A DNA stretch of 64,000 bases from assembly GCF_009914755.1 (NCBI RefSeq), contig NC_060945.1; one strand, written 5' to 3'. Positions 26,054 through 40,532 of the stretch are shown one piece after another. The DNA is from the human T2T-CHM13v2.0 reference genome, Homo sapiens. The notes beneath the pieces were generated by a model. It searched no databases and was not told the origin of the DNA. It was given only the letters and a program-made list of their open reading frames with translations. Each line of letters begins with the position of its first letter. Position 1 is the stretch's first letter. The translations under genes were made by a program, and so were the position numbers.

Positions 26054-27316
26054 CATCTTTCTCTTCTTTCTAATAATGTCTCTTTTCCCTGGTTTTCTTT
26101 GCAGTATTTTCTAAACCCTTGCTATGTGTCATGTATAGCTTCACACTGGTGTTTCTATCTTCTTTTCATAAAGATTTCAGCTTTGACTTGCACTACCATT
26201 TATCTGACTCTATGTGGGTCTCAAATTCAGTCTTCCTTTGAGACGGGATCTGAAGAGATCTGCCATGCAATTTCCCCATATAGATAGTTTTCAACCTAGT
26301 TTGCCTCAAAACCACAAGACAGCTAAAAAGTGGCTACAGTGGAATAGTTATCGCCTTTATTTCTTTAAATATGCTGTTTCTAAGTTTATGGGTAAAATGG
26401 CATAAAGTATGTTGCCCACTATCTGACATATTAAGAAGTATTTCAAACATATAAACAATCTGAAATTTGAAATTGACACAAATGATCAATTTCCCAAGAA
26501 ATCTATAATTTTTTAATTATTTTGGCAGCATTGAACTGTTTTCATTTTTGTAGCTTTATCTATCACGCAAATTTTCAATAGATTCTGTAAAAAAATAGAG
26601 GAAAGAGCTGATAAGGGAAATGGGAATTCACATTATAATTTATCAGAATGCTTCACTACAGATAACTCACTCCGTTTTACTTTTGTAATCCCATTGCTTG
26701 AGAGTGAACTTGATATTAATATTATTATTATTGTCAATATTCAAATGTTTTTGACCTATCGAAAAATCAATATCACATAGTCTTATGATTCAAATTAATA
26801 TTACATAATTTTTAGTGCTTAAGGGTTATTTTCCTCTCTAGTTTCAGTGGAAACTATAAGAGGTTCTATCTTTATTTACATTTTTCAAAGTCTTTCATGA
26901 AAGGTCATAAGATGAATAAAAATTTTAATCTCTCAATTACAAAGTAAAATATAGCAGTATCATATTTGTAACTATATAATTAAATACGATTTATTTTCCA
27001 ATAAACCATAATTATGTTGATATAAATTCTTTGTTCCTTTGGAAAATGTGATTTTTCATAACTAATTTCTTGCAAGTAGGAAAAGAACAAGCTAATATGC
27101 TTTTCTTATTTCGAATAAATAATGAATGTGAAGAATTATATTTGATTTTGAATTCTAGCATACATATTGTCACTTGAGAGTCAGTATGGAAAAGTAACAT
27201 TTCCCATAAGAATGTCCTAATGTACCTACTACCAATTGTTAATGTCTTGAGAAAAAGCTATAGGGTTATTTTTCCTTTCTGAACCACCTGAAAACATAAT
27301 TGAATAATCCTACTGC

Positions 27317-27347
<31 letters not shown>

Positions 27348-27355
27348 TATATATA
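27317..27355. repeat. (TA)n(CA)n microsatellite
   Basis: Seen directly. Confidence 0.95.
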
Positions 27356-27486
27356 CATGAATCTGTAAGACACATACAATTTCCCCAAATAGTCACATTT
27401 AAACATGTAGCTACCCTTCCAATATTTCCAGTAAACAGCAGAGCTACATGGAAGAGAGAACTTATCTAAATTTGCATTAATAGTAT

Positions 27487-27944
27487 TATGAGATAGGCTG
27501 AATAATTAACCTTCCCAAATGTTCATGTCCTCATCCCCAGAACCTGTGACTATGTTACCTGAAGTAGCAAAATAAATGTTGCATATGTGGTTAAGATAAC
27601 AACCTTGAAATGGGAGGATTATCCTGGATTATCTGGGTGGGCCAATGTAATGACAAGGGTCCTTGTAAGGGGGAGGCCAGAGGGTTAGAGTCAAGGACAG
27701 AAACATGATGACAGAAGCAAGTGTCAGAGTGATAGAATTCCTGGAAACATTATAAGCCAAGGCTGGAGAAACCCAAGAAATCAGACTATCCCTTAGAAAG
27801 TCCAGAAGAAAGGCAGCTGCCTCCTTGATTCTAGCCCACTGACACTAACATTGGTATTTCTAATCTCCAAAACTATAAAAAATTATGCATTTTAAGTCAC
27901 TACGTTTGTTGTATGTTCTTACATCAGCTGTAGGAAACTAATAT
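27487..27944 (+). mobile_element. MLT1D-like LTR
   Basis: ccttgaaatgggaggattatcctggattatctgggtgggcc...taggaaactaatata. Confidence 0.85.
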
Positions 27945-28021
27945 AAATAGCATTTTATTTCTTTTATTCCTTCAAGCACCAGAAACATTATATTCTCCTC
28001 TAACACAAGTACAGATGCACC

Positions 28022-28023
28022 CA

Positions 28024-28061
<38 letters not shown>

Positions 28062-28082
28062 AGAGAAAGAGAGAGAGAGAGA
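28022..28082. repeat. (CA)n(GA)n microsatellite
   Basis: Seen directly. Confidence 0.95.
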
Positions 28083-28166
28083 CAAGACATGAAATTCCAA
28101 GTCATTGCTTATGCATTCCTGTCATTCATGTTTAATGCCTATTCTTTAACTCTGTTAAATACTTGC

Positions 28167-28515
28167 TGTGTTAGTCTGTTCTCACGCTGCTAATGAAAAC
28201 ATACCTGAGACTGGGTAATTTATAAAGGAAAAATATTTAATTGATTCACAGTTCTACACGGCTGGGGAGGCCTCACAATCATGGTGGAAGGTGAATGAGG
28301 AGCAAAGTCATGTCTGAGAATGAGCGCCAGCAGGTGAAATACCAGAGAGTTATGAAACCATTAGATTTTGTGAGAACTCACTCACTGTCACGAGAACATT
28401 ACGGGGGAAACCACCACCATGATTCAATTATCTTTACTTGGCCCTGCCCTTGACATGTGTGGGATATTGCAATTCGAGGTGAGATCTGGGTGGGGACACA
28501 GCCAAACCCGTATCA
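28167..28515 (-). mobile_element. THE1C/D-like solo LTR
   Basis: tgtgttagtctgttctcacgctgc...gccaaacccgtatca; perfect TSD CTTGC. Confidence 0.93.
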
Positions 28516-29079
28516 CTTGCCTCAAGAACACAGAGTCAAATTGCACTTGATGAACACATAACCAAATACAGATCTGGACTATATTCCCTCACATACAATT
28601 TATTTTACACATTTTCGACTACATTTCTGAAAGTACAAACTTGTTTTTTTTTCTTTGATACAAGTCATAGGTACAGGCATATTGCCGAGTCAGAGTAAAA
28701 CAAGGCATTTTACTAAAATCTAGAATCTAAGATATATAATAACTTAGTTATAAGCATGATTTAAAAGAATTGCATTTTCTGGAAAACATGGAGAGAAAAC
28801 TTGCAACTAAGTGCTGGCTCAAAGCTTAAATTGGAAAGGTAATAATGTTTTTGTTTCTGTTTTTGTGTAATAAGGTTCTAACTTTATAACTGAGGAAAGA
28901 AACAGTACATGTTATATGCGGTTTATTAACACTTTCTTAATTCAACGTTTTCTTCAATTTAGATTATACCTTCAGTATTAGAAAATAACAAATTTATAGT
29001 ATTTAGACCTAATTTTTTTTTGTCTACAGGACTCCTAAATACCTCCTAAATTTTAAAAGATGGATTTGATTGGTTGCTT

Positions 29080-29335
29080 TACACAGTTAAATGTGAAGCA
29101 AGAGAGCCTTTCCTCCCACTTACCTCACCTCATTCTCTTTGCTCTGTATTCTATTTCACTTTACTTTATGTTATTTATATTTCCAACTTGCTTATTATAT
29201 GTTTCTCATATTGGAAAATAATTTCCTAATGGCAAGACTGGGGGCTTGGGGGTTTTAATGGTGTATTTCCAACACCTATGATAGGAGTATCGTCCTTGCA
29301 GTAAACAGTTAATGAATATTTGCCACAAGAATGAA
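29080..29335 (+). mobile_element. L2 3' end
   Basis: ggtgtatttccaacacctatgatagg...cagttaatgaatatttg...gaatgaa. Confidence 0.55.
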
Positions 29336-29659
29336 ACAGAAATGTACAGAAAATTTCACTGATGTGATAATTAAAATAAATTTGTTTTTATTTTCCCTGA
29401 AGAAGTTGATTGGCCACACATACTCTTTTATCTAACCATAATATATTAAATATACAACATAAACTTGGTGGGATTCTTATCTGTTTGTCGTGATTTATCA
29501 GTAAATTTAAAATCTTTTTGCTCAACCATTCCACTGATATTTGGAATTTCTGCCTTTGCCCCCAATTTAGTTCATAAATATTAATTATATCATTTTCTGT
29601 GTGTGACACCAGGGAGCTTTCCTAGACTTCTTAATCATTTTAATGCTCCTCAGTATTAG

Positions 29660-29800
29660 GTGATAAAGGGCCTAAAATATGCTCTTCTGGTATATTGACT
29701 ATTTAAGTTAAGGATTCTTGAAAAACAGCCTGTGCAAGAAGATCACTTTGACCTTTATACTCTTTAAGAAAAGCAGAAGGGAAATTCCCCGAAGCCCAAA
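29660..29800 (+). mobile_element. MER34/MER39-like LTR 5' fragment
   Basis: ctaaaatatgctcttctggtatattgactatttaagttaagg...ttgaaaaacagc. Confidence 0.45.
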
Positions 29801-30356
29801 TCCATGCTGCATGCTGCTTTATCAGTGGAGCCAGCTAGAGTCATTCATAAATTTACTCCCACACCACTATGAGATTCTCAACAAAAAAATATATATATAT
29901 ATAGTTTTGCTTTCTCTTATGTTTCAGTGGTATCAAATCCACAGTTTCAAGAGGCTGGACAACAGGCAATAAAGGAAAGTGATCCCTCAGAGATAGGAAA
30001 TAAATGATGTGAGCCTTATTATTGCCCAGGTTACTCCTTTAGGAATGTTTCTTGGCCATGGCATAGGAAGAGGAACCCAGGTTGTGCCCGATGGTGTCCA
30101 TGAGTTGAGGAGATGGAGCTGGGAATTTAGGGGGCTAAAGCAGTAACAAATATTTGAGAGAAAAGAGTTCTATAATAAGATAAATGGAAAATCCGCAGAA
30201 GTCCTACCCTGATGCCTTGAGAATTCAGCAGAATACAAATTAGCTCATATATATGAGAAAATTGCCTTAGGTCATGGAACAAACTAGCCTAAATGATTAG
30301 AGGAAAAGGTAGTTCAACATTCAAAGAGGGCCTAGAAAAGTTTCTGTTCTCATCAT

Positions 30357-30397
30357 TGCATTAGTCAGCATTCTCCAAAAAAATAAAACTGACAGGA

Positions 30398-30447
<50 letters not shown>

Positions 30448-30849
30448 AAGGATACAAACATATATTCATAATACGACATCTGCAATCTGGAGACCCAAGA
30501 AAACTGGTAGTGTAATTCTAGTCTGAGTCACCAGGCCTGAGAACCAGAGAAGGGGCCAATGGTGTAAATTCCAGTCCAAGAGCAGAAGGAGATGGTATGA
30601 CAAATCTCAGCTCAAGCAGGCAGACAGGAAGCAAAAGGGTGAATTCCTCCTTCCTCCATGTTTTGCTCTGCTCAGGCCCTCAGTGGATTACATGATGCAT
30701 ACTTATAATAGGAAGGGCAATGTATTTTATTGAGTCTATTGACTCAAATGCTAATCTCATCTGAAAACAACATCAAAGACATGCCAAGAAATAATGCTTA
30801 ACCTGGGCACCTTTGGCCCAGTGAATTTGACACAGAATTAACCATCACA
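30357..30849 (-). mobile_element. MLT2B-like LTR (ERVL) with internal (TACA)n(TA)n
   Basis: tgcattagtcagcattctcc...tcaaatgctaatctcatctg...ttgacacagaattaaccatcaca. Confidence 0.85.
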
Positions 30850-32699
30850 ACTATCAAGATGGGAAAGCCTCTTTATCTGTGGGATATTGAAAAGATTACA
30901 TGGAAAGGTCTTTCCTCAATAGTGGGAAATATTCAGCTCTAGAATAAACACTGCTCCGGTCCCACCTACTAATAAACCTTAGAAGTAAGACTTGAAGCGA
31001 TCAAACTTTTCCATGTAACTTAATTAGGTCCTGAACAAAGATCACGAATAATTGTGGGAATAAAATTTAATCTGCAGGTAACTAGGTAAAATTTACAAGG
31101 TCAAAATTTACAAGTTTCTATTCAAAAGTTAAAAAGCATGCAATGAAGCAGGAAAATGCAATCAATCTAGAACTAACATAGGTGTTAAAATTAGTGTAAA
31201 GTAAATAAAAGTTATTTTAACAATATTCCGTAGTTTCAGAGTTAAGCAGAGACATGGACGGTTTAAAGAAAATTCATTTATAACTTCTAGAGATAAAAAC
31301 TACAATGCAAGCAATGAGAAATATACTGAAATAATTTAAAGCTGCGAATGAATAATTAATTGCAAATGAAAGGTTTAGTGAACTTGAAGATATAACAATA
31401 TAAAAATATACAAAATGAAACATAGGAAAAGAAGGAAAAAATTTGGTGCATATTGGGACAGCCTCAAACTTTCTCATGTATCTGTAGTATTAGTTTCCAA
31501 AGAAGAATGAAAAGGTAGAGGAAAAAAACAGAAAAATAAAAAAATAAATAAATAATGACTGAAAATATTCCAAATATGTTAAAATGTATAAAACCACAAA
31601 CTCATGATGAGAAATAAAATCCAAGCATGAGAATCATAAAAAAGTAAATAAAAACTACTCTAAGGCACATTATCAATTTACTCAAAACTAATGATAACAT
31701 GCAAATCATGAAAACACCTAAAGACAAAAAAGTTAGGTACACAGAAATACATACAAGAATGACAGTATAATTTTTGGTAAAAATTGACAACCTTATTCTA
31801 AAGTCTATATGAAAATGCAAGGTACCTCAAAGAAACAAAGCAACTTTAAAAAAATAACATATTTGGGAGATAAACACTATTGGATTTTAAGTAATCAATA
31901 TAATTTTGATTTAGTTATAAATATAGGAAAATAGATTGATGGAACAGAATAAAGAGCCTAGAAATAAGCCCACACGTATATGGACGATTTGTTTTTCAAC
32001 AAGTGTGGAAAGGCAAATCAGTGAATAAATAATAGCCTTTTCAACGAATTGTGCTGGAACAATTGAACAACCACAAAGCCCAAAAGGTAAACTTCATACC
32101 TCATACCATATCCAAAAATAAACTCTAAAGAATCCTATGCCTGAAGTCAAAAGTCTAGAACTATGAAGCTTCTGAAAAAAAATAGGAGAAAATCTTTGTG
32201 ACCTTGCGTTAAGCAAAAATTAATTAGCTATAACACTAAAGCACTATCCACAAACCAAAAAAATGAGTTGGCATTCATAAAAAATAAAAGTTCCTACTTT
32301 TTGAAAGATACTTTTAAGAGACTGAATACAGAACAAATAATAGTGGCAAATTACAAATTAATTACATTTAATTAGAGCTAATTGAAAACTTGTATCAGAA
32401 TATATAAAAATCGGTCAAACTCACTAAGAAAGCAAACGGCCTAGTTTTTAATTTAAAAACTGGGCAAAATATTTGAACAGACACTTCACCAAGAATATAA
32501 GACATAAGAACATAGAAAATGCTCACCATCACCAGTTAATATTGCTCAACATTTTAACGACCTGCAAATTAAAACCATAGTGCACACTTATTAGAATAAT
32601 TAAAATTAAAAAGATTGACCATACCAAATATTGGTGATTATGTAGAGGAAATGAAACTCTCAAACACTGTTGGTGGAAATATTAAAAAGATACAATTAG

Positions 32700-33029
<330 letters not shown>

Positions 33030-34529
33030 ACACTTGAGCAATTTTTTAAAATATTAATCGAATATATAATTCATATGAAAACAAATAATTCAGCCATTCA
33101 ATTTCTAAGTGTTCAATCTGTTCATAAGACTTCTACAAAAATGGTAACAAAAACTTTGTTTGTAATAAATAATCGAATGTCCCTGAATAGGTAGCAGGTG
33201 TGTGGATGAACTCTATTGTGTATCTATAATGCAGTCCTCCACAGCAATACAAAGAAATTAATTATTGATACACAAACCACATGAATGCATCTGAAAATAA
33301 TTACATTGAGTGGAAGAAGTGAGAAAAAAGTGGTTCATAAATTGCCATTACATTTACAAAATTTTCTAGAAAGTTCAAACTAATTTTTAGTGTTAGAAAG
33401 CAGATCAGTGGCTGCCTGGGAATGGCACACTAGCGAGAAGGAAGAATAAGGAACACAAACAAATGTTTTGAGGTGCTTGACAGATGCACTATGTTGGTTG
33501 TACTTGTGATTTCAAAACTGTACATGTATATAAATTTTTCAAATTGTACACTTTTAATATGTGCAATATCAATTATACCACAATAAAGCTATTTTTAAAA
33601 AGCTGAAGGTAAGGGTTGAATAATTTCCCCAACTTTCTCACCAATCTTAAATAAAAGCAGGTCACAGAGCAAATTTGCCACAGGTGGCAATATTATCAAG
33701 TAGGTGCAAAAAGAGTCACATACTCTTTCTTTGTTGTTTTGTAAGCTTAATTTAGTTCCAACGTTCTATCTTTTTATGTCTTCCAACCACACTTTACAGA
33801 GAGACTTTATTTAAAAACAATTAAAAAAACAGTATTATTTAGGCAGAATTCAGCTACTCTTATGGTCATCAACAGACAACAAACTCATCTGAATTCACGC
33901 TTGGACAATGAAATACACAGAGATCATGCCGTGAGCTACAGCCAAAGGGTTTTCTAGATTATTTTCTTCCTTATGCCACATAAAAGAGTATCTTTAAAAT
34001 AATTTATCCAAATCTTATCTTAACACTGATACCAGTAAATAAGAGCCCGACTCTTAATTCATTATGCTAGCAAGCCAATATTTTCAGCCATGGCAACTAA
34101 TTATTAAATGCCATAATGATGAGCAAAATATCTAATATTAAAGATAGAGGAAATTGGAGTACTTGCAGTAGCCACTAGTGGAGTACAGCCACCTTGATTT
34201 GAATGTGTCTGGCATAGCCCTGGAGTATAAATTGCTGAGCATGGTAACTTGCTACACACAGAGTAAAACAAACTACATTCACAAGCGTATCATGCTGTCT
34301 AAACACAGGTGTATTCAGATAAATAAAAAACATCTTAGCAAAGGGTTTATGTTCCATTAGATAACACATACAATGAATGAACTAGCTTCTAGAGGATCAC
34401 CTTACTACTAATCTTTCGTTTACCGAATACATATTTTATATCAACCATATGGCTCCATTCCACCAGCAGCTAAAGGCTGAGTCAAATTTAGTTGTAGATT
34501 AGATAAATAAAATGAAAATTATACTCTAT

Positions 34530-34702
34530 AATGTTTCCTAAACTTTAATACGATAAAAATCACCTGGGACATTTGATAGTACATTTCTCAGCACTTTTCT
34601 ACACAAATTATTTTTCAGTCAGTTTGAAGAAAGTTCTGGAGAATTGATGATTTTATCATTTTTAAGCTAATTTTTATTCTCAGGGGAGTTTGGCAAGCGC
34701 TG
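34530..34702. mobile_element. MER5B-like MITE
   Basis: aatgtttcctaaactt...aatcacctgggacattt...gagtttggcaagcgctg. Confidence 0.5.
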
Positions 34703-35118
34703 CAGATGTGTTTTATAGCACAAATTCCTCATCAATAAGAATACTGTAATAATCTTTTTTTGAGACTGAAACTCTCCGTATTTTAATTTATTGTCTATTT
34801 CCTCTATTTCTTACATCTACAGAAAATAAAGACATAACAAAGAAATTACTTTAACTCTGTATGTCATGTACCTGATTTTTATGCCGCACTCTGCAATGAC
34901 TCTCAAAGTTATAATTTACTTTAACTACAGGTCTCATTACAACAGTCCTCAATAAATTTTTCAAGAAAATCCTTCAAAGAAAATATGAAGAATTGACTGT
35001 CTTAGCCTCCATTCTGCCTTTCCTCTAGCCTGGAAATTTAGAAAGATAATAACTACCTTTCCTGGGTTCCCTCCCTGGTAAAGTTTTGCACGGAAATTAG
35101 ATACGTTTTGTGCGATAT

Positions 35119-35486
35119 TGTATTAGTCTGTTTTCACACTGCTATAAAGAACTGAGACTGCATAATTTATGAAGAAAAGAGGTTTAATTTACTCCACAGG
35201 CTTAGCTGGAAGCACGACTGGGAGGCCCCAGGAAACTTACAATGAAGGCGAAAGGCAAAGGGGAAGCAAGGCATGTCTTACATGGTGGCAGGAGAGACGG
35301 GGTTGGCAGGAACTGAGACACAATTTTAAACCATCAGATCCAGTAAGAACTCACTTACTATCACAAAAATAGCATGGGGGAAACCGTCCCATGATCCAAT
35401 CACCTCTCACCAGGTCCCTCCCTTGGCATGTGAGGATTACAATTTGAGATGAGATTTGGGTGGGGACACAGAGCCAAACCATATCA
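35119..35486 (-). mobile_element. MSTA/THE1D-like solo LTR
   Basis: tgtattagtctg...cacagagccaaaccatatca; perfect TSD GATAT; appears to sit inside an older ERVL LTR remnant. Confidence 0.92.
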
Positions 35487-37083
35487 GATATCTAAGATAG
35501 AAGTTAAATGAAAGCCACCTGTCTGCTATTTTTTACTGCTATCAAGTGAAATATGGAATGTGAATATTTGTGTAAAATTGAGATGGCCAGATTTAGTAGT
35601 CCAGATTCATGAGTGTCAAGTGGCAGGGGTGGTAGTAATGACTCAAACAAGCAGCTGTCTCATCTAGGCATCTGAGCATTCATGACTTAGTAGATTAAAT
35701 TATTTGCCAATTCTCATACAGGAGGTAAGGTTTGTAACTCCTCCACTTGAATCTGGGATGGCTTGCCATTTCTTCAACTAATGCAGCAAAAGTGATTTTA
35801 AAAGTGTTCTGAGGGTACCCTTTAAGAGAACTGAGAATTTCTGTTACATTCTTCTTGGCGCCTTAAGTCACAATATAAAGCCTACTCTCAGCCACACTGA
35901 GAGCCTGTGTGGAGAGATGGAAACAGATGTCTGGACTTTGTTCAGTGTTCCAAAACTACCTTCCGAGTCAGACCAGCAGAAGCCTCAGATATCTTGGAGG
36001 AGAGATGAGTCATACTTACCGTTGCCCTTTCTAAATTCCTGTCTCATGGGATTGCAAACTATAATAATAATATAATGTTGTACAGCTATAAAGATTTGGG
36101 GTGATTTGTTACACAGTAGTTGTGCAGAACAGAATTTAGTCCTGAAATTGATGTGATATCTTGATAAAAATCTTAATATGGAGCACTGGCTTTGGAACTG
36201 GGTAGCTGGCACAAACAGACAAGTCTTGAAGAAATTGTTACTCAAAGCTTGCAAATACCTTTAGGAGACAGAGTGAGAACTTGAAAGACACCAAAGAATA
36301 TGTTCTTGGAGACTAGTGAAAAGGAACCTTGCTTTTATATTGTAGAAAGTTTGGAAAAACTGTTGCTTCTTGTTATAAGGAAAATGGTACGCCTAATGAA
36401 CTCATGGATTTGCATGGGTTTATTTCTAAGCAGAATGTAGAAAGTGCCAATTGTCCTCTTAAAGCATTTTATGATAAATTACAAGATACTTAAAGTGAAT
36501 TACAAAAGAATCTGTTTACTTTTCAAGGAGAATTTGATGGAAATATTTCTAACTCAAGACTTCTTGAGATCAAAACTAAAACTGTATCTTATTCTTTATT
36601 CTCTCTGCATAGCAAAGGACTAACAAAGTGAAAATGAACAGGAGTCCTCAGTGCAAGTATAAATTTTATGTCACTTCAAGACTTCAGTGTAAAAATCTCA
36701 AGGGTGTAAGAGTAAGTCAATCTGTTGAGAACTTAGAAAGATTTAAGATAATATCTCATAGAAGCTGTCAGCTAGAAAAAAAGTATTCTAAGGGCTTTGA
36801 GGGCATCATTTATGAACCACAACTGTAGGGTATAAAAATAAAGCTAGATCTTCTTCTCTCATGTCTTTCTTAGCAGAACATTCTCAAAATTTAAAAAAAA
36901 AAACTCTCAAGAAAAATATTACATACAAAATATTTTCAATTAATCAGATTAAAGATAAAGCCAAGGAAGTGATCACAAATTCTTAATCAGGGCTTTGCAG
37001 ACAATTTCAGAGACAATAGCATTTCTAAATACCTTTAGAATGTATCTCACAGGAACATATATTTAACCATACGACTTCTAAGC

Positions 37084-37587
37084 TGTTGGGAACAGGCCCC
37101 CATAAACTGGCCCCAAAACTGCCCATAAACAAAATCTCTGCAGCACTGTGACATGCTTGTGATGGCCATGACGCCCACTCTGGAAGGTTTTCAGTTTACT
37201 AGGATGAGGGCAAGGAACACCCGGCCCACCCAGGGCAGAAAACCGCTTAAAGGTGTTCCTGAACCACAAACCATAGCATGAGCGATCTTTGCCTTAAGGA
37301 CATGTTCCTGCTGCAGATAACGAGCCAGACCTGTCCCTTTATTTCGGCCCATCCTTTTGTTTCCTGTAAGGAATACTTTTAGTTAATCCATAATCTGTAG
37401 AAACAATGCTTATCACTGGCTTGTTGTCAATAAATACGTGGGTAAATCTCTGTTCAAGGCTCTCATCTCTGAAGGCTGTGAGACCCCTGCTTTCCCACTC
37501 TACACTCTATATTTCTGTGTGTGTGTGTGTCTTTAACACCTCTAGTGCCACTGGGTTAGGGTCTCCACAACCGAGCTGGTCTCAGCA
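37084..37587 (+). mobile_element. MER9a solo LTR (HERV-K HML-3)
   Basis: tgttgggaacaggccccc...accgagctggtctcagca; near-TSD ctaagc / ctaaagc. Confidence 0.9.
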
Positions 37588-38589
37588 CTAAAGCACTTAA
37601 GGCTATTGTCCTACAGCAACCTAACAGAGAGCTCAAAGTAGAGAAGTAACTGTCTTAAAGATATTTGTAGATGTGGCACTTTCTAATAAAGTATACCCGG
37701 TAAATTTATCAAGAAATCTCCAATGATTTTAAGACAATTTTATAGGTATAGTCTTCTCTAGTTTAAAATAAGAAATAGAGATAGCATAATATAAAAAAAG
37801 GAATTTGAATTTCTAAAATCCAATGGGCAAGAAGCAAGCAGAGAAGGCTATTCAGCTGCAAGCATGGTCCATTTCTTATGAAAAAGGAAAAATGACCCAG
37901 AAGGCAAAAAATGAGCACAGATTGCAAAACAGGAAAGAACAGATAATTATTCCCAAGGAGGAGAATTGGCACTGATCAACTAACTGATGACATGTGTCTG
38001 ACTGGATTTCAGAACTTCTTTGGACCAGTGACCGTCAGGTATACCCAGTTTCCCACAATGCTAGGTGGGAGTGTCTACTGAAGTTATTCTGTGCTTTCTC
38101 ACATAATATATTGGAAATGTGTGAAAGAGAGGGGCAAAAACCTCCTCCAGTTAGTAATCTACAGATTGAGAGGACCTGTAATTGAGGAGTGGCACCCAAG
38201 GCAGTTGATCTGCACTTAGACAATGATTTAGACAATGACATCCAGGAGCTTGAGCCTGGGTCAAGGGCTGTAATGAGATGGAACATTTGTATTTTAAAAA
38301 AATGTAAATAATTTATTGCCAGATGGTGGATTTTGGTGGATTGATGATTGCTGCAATGTATTTGAATCTCGTCCCTCTTGGAAGCTAAGGTTTATGCAGC
38401 AACCCTTTTAATATAAACTAACCTGTGACAGCTTTGGCCAATAGGGTATGATCAAGTGATGCTATGACCCTTCCAGACATACTTTTAAGAGAACTGACAG
38501 TTGCCCATGTCTCCTTCTTGAATCCTCAAGCTGACATGAAAGACATCTGACTAACCTGAGGAAGTATAGTGAGAGGAAGCTTAATCTAG

Positions 38590-38596
<7 letters not shown>

Positions 38597-38641
<45 letters not shown>
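38597..38641. repeat. (GA)n microsatellite
   Basis: About 22 GA units. Confidence 0.95.
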
Positions 38642-38643
<2 letters not shown>

Positions 38644-39038
38644 AATCCAGTCAGCCTCCAGAATTTCAAGCTTTGTTTGAATCATCCTAGCTGAGGCACC
38701 AGACACTTGAAATTGAAACAAGCCATCCAACTGTGCCAGTTCTGAATATTTGATCCACAGAATACTGACATGAAATAATGTCAAATTGTTTTTAGCTAAG
38801 TTTTCTGACTGTTTACTACACGTCAATAGATTAACCTTAAGGCTTACCTTGAAAATCTTAGGATGACCCTACATTGATCATCCTAATTTATATAACTTTT
38901 CATATAAAAAATCCTAATCTATGTAACTTTTCAAATAGTCTCTCATGAAAATTTAATTGTTCTAAGTAACAGTGGCTTCAATGTCATTTCTGTAATGAAT
39001 GCTACTTATGTATTGGTTGAGAATCACTGGAAAATTTA

Positions 39039-39378
39039 TGTCATGGGCTGAATTGTGTTCTCCCCAAAATCCATATGGTAAAGCTCTAACCATCAGTACC
39101 TCAGAATTTGTATTCAAAAACAGGGAATTTCAAGATGTTATTAAGGTAAAATGAGGTCCCTAATCCAATAAGACCATCCTTGAGGAAGAGCAGATTAAGG
39201 TACAGACACACACTGAGGAAAGACTATGTGAAGAAAAAAGGAAAAGAGGGCCATCTGCATGCCGAGGAACGTGTCCTCAAAAGACTTCTAGCCTCCAGAA
39301 CTGTGACAAAAGGAATGCACATTATTTGAACCACATTATCTGTAATATTATTTATGGTAGCCCTAGTCAATTAATATA
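39039..39378 (+). mobile_element. MLT1A/B-like LTR
   Basis: tgtcatgggctgaattgtg...gacttctagcctccagaactgtga...ggtagccctag. Confidence 0.85.
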
Positions 39379-39557
39379 GCCTATTTCTTCAGAAGCTAGA
39401 TGATTTCTGAAGTCTTCTCAGTTGGCATAAACTTTTGTATAACATCTTGCATTGTTTACTGTCTTGAAGCAAATCAAGTACAGCTGAAGACATAGTTCCC
39501 ATCATTGGCAATAAGTCCAAGATCTGTTAATTATTTGGACTTCAACCTCTTCCCTGG

Positions 39558-39676
39558 ATGTCTGTGTGTTTATGTCAATCTATCAATCTATGTATATTTA
39601 GATATCTATGTATCTGTCTATATAGATATCTAGATATATATCATGTGTGTGTCTGTGTGTGTGTGTGTGTGTGTGT
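39558..39676. repeat. Low-complexity (TATC)-like tract plus (TG)n
   Basis: Seen directly. Confidence 0.9.
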
Positions 39677-40110
39677 AAGTGTGCTTGAGCCAGGACATCA
39701 GGAACCAGGAGATGAGGAAGAAGAGGAACTCCCTATTTCTCAGTTTGTTTTTATAGTGTCTGCTTATTTTCTTTCTTTTCCTAGTCACTTTAAAGGCAGA
39801 AAAGTCAACTACCTCTTTTCTAAGTTAGGATACATGAATAGATATTTATATGTTAAAGCTTACAATCTCCAAAACACCAGAGGCCAATCCTCATGGGCAC
39901 TGATAAAGCTATTCCTATGACAGATCTGGAGTGGAGTCCATTATTTGTGACCATTAACCTGTCCTCATCCAAGACATGGAATGGAACCTGGGGGTATGGT
40001 GAATTTAGAAGTGATGGTCTTGTGCACAGGGGAACAGGAATGAGTTAGGAGATTCCCTATTAGCTTCTTCTCTCAACACACCAAGCTCTGATGACTTCTG
40101 ATAAAATTTA

Positions 40111-40532
<422 letters not shown>

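Larger units (their letters stand above)
35690..38837 (+). mobile_element. Near full-length MLT1 (F/G-type) provirus: LTR-internal-LTR
   Basis: 5' LTR about 35690-36130 ending ttggggtgatttgttacacag; internal tggctttggaactgggtag; 3' LTR about 38330-38837 containing (GA)n. Confidence 0.7.
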
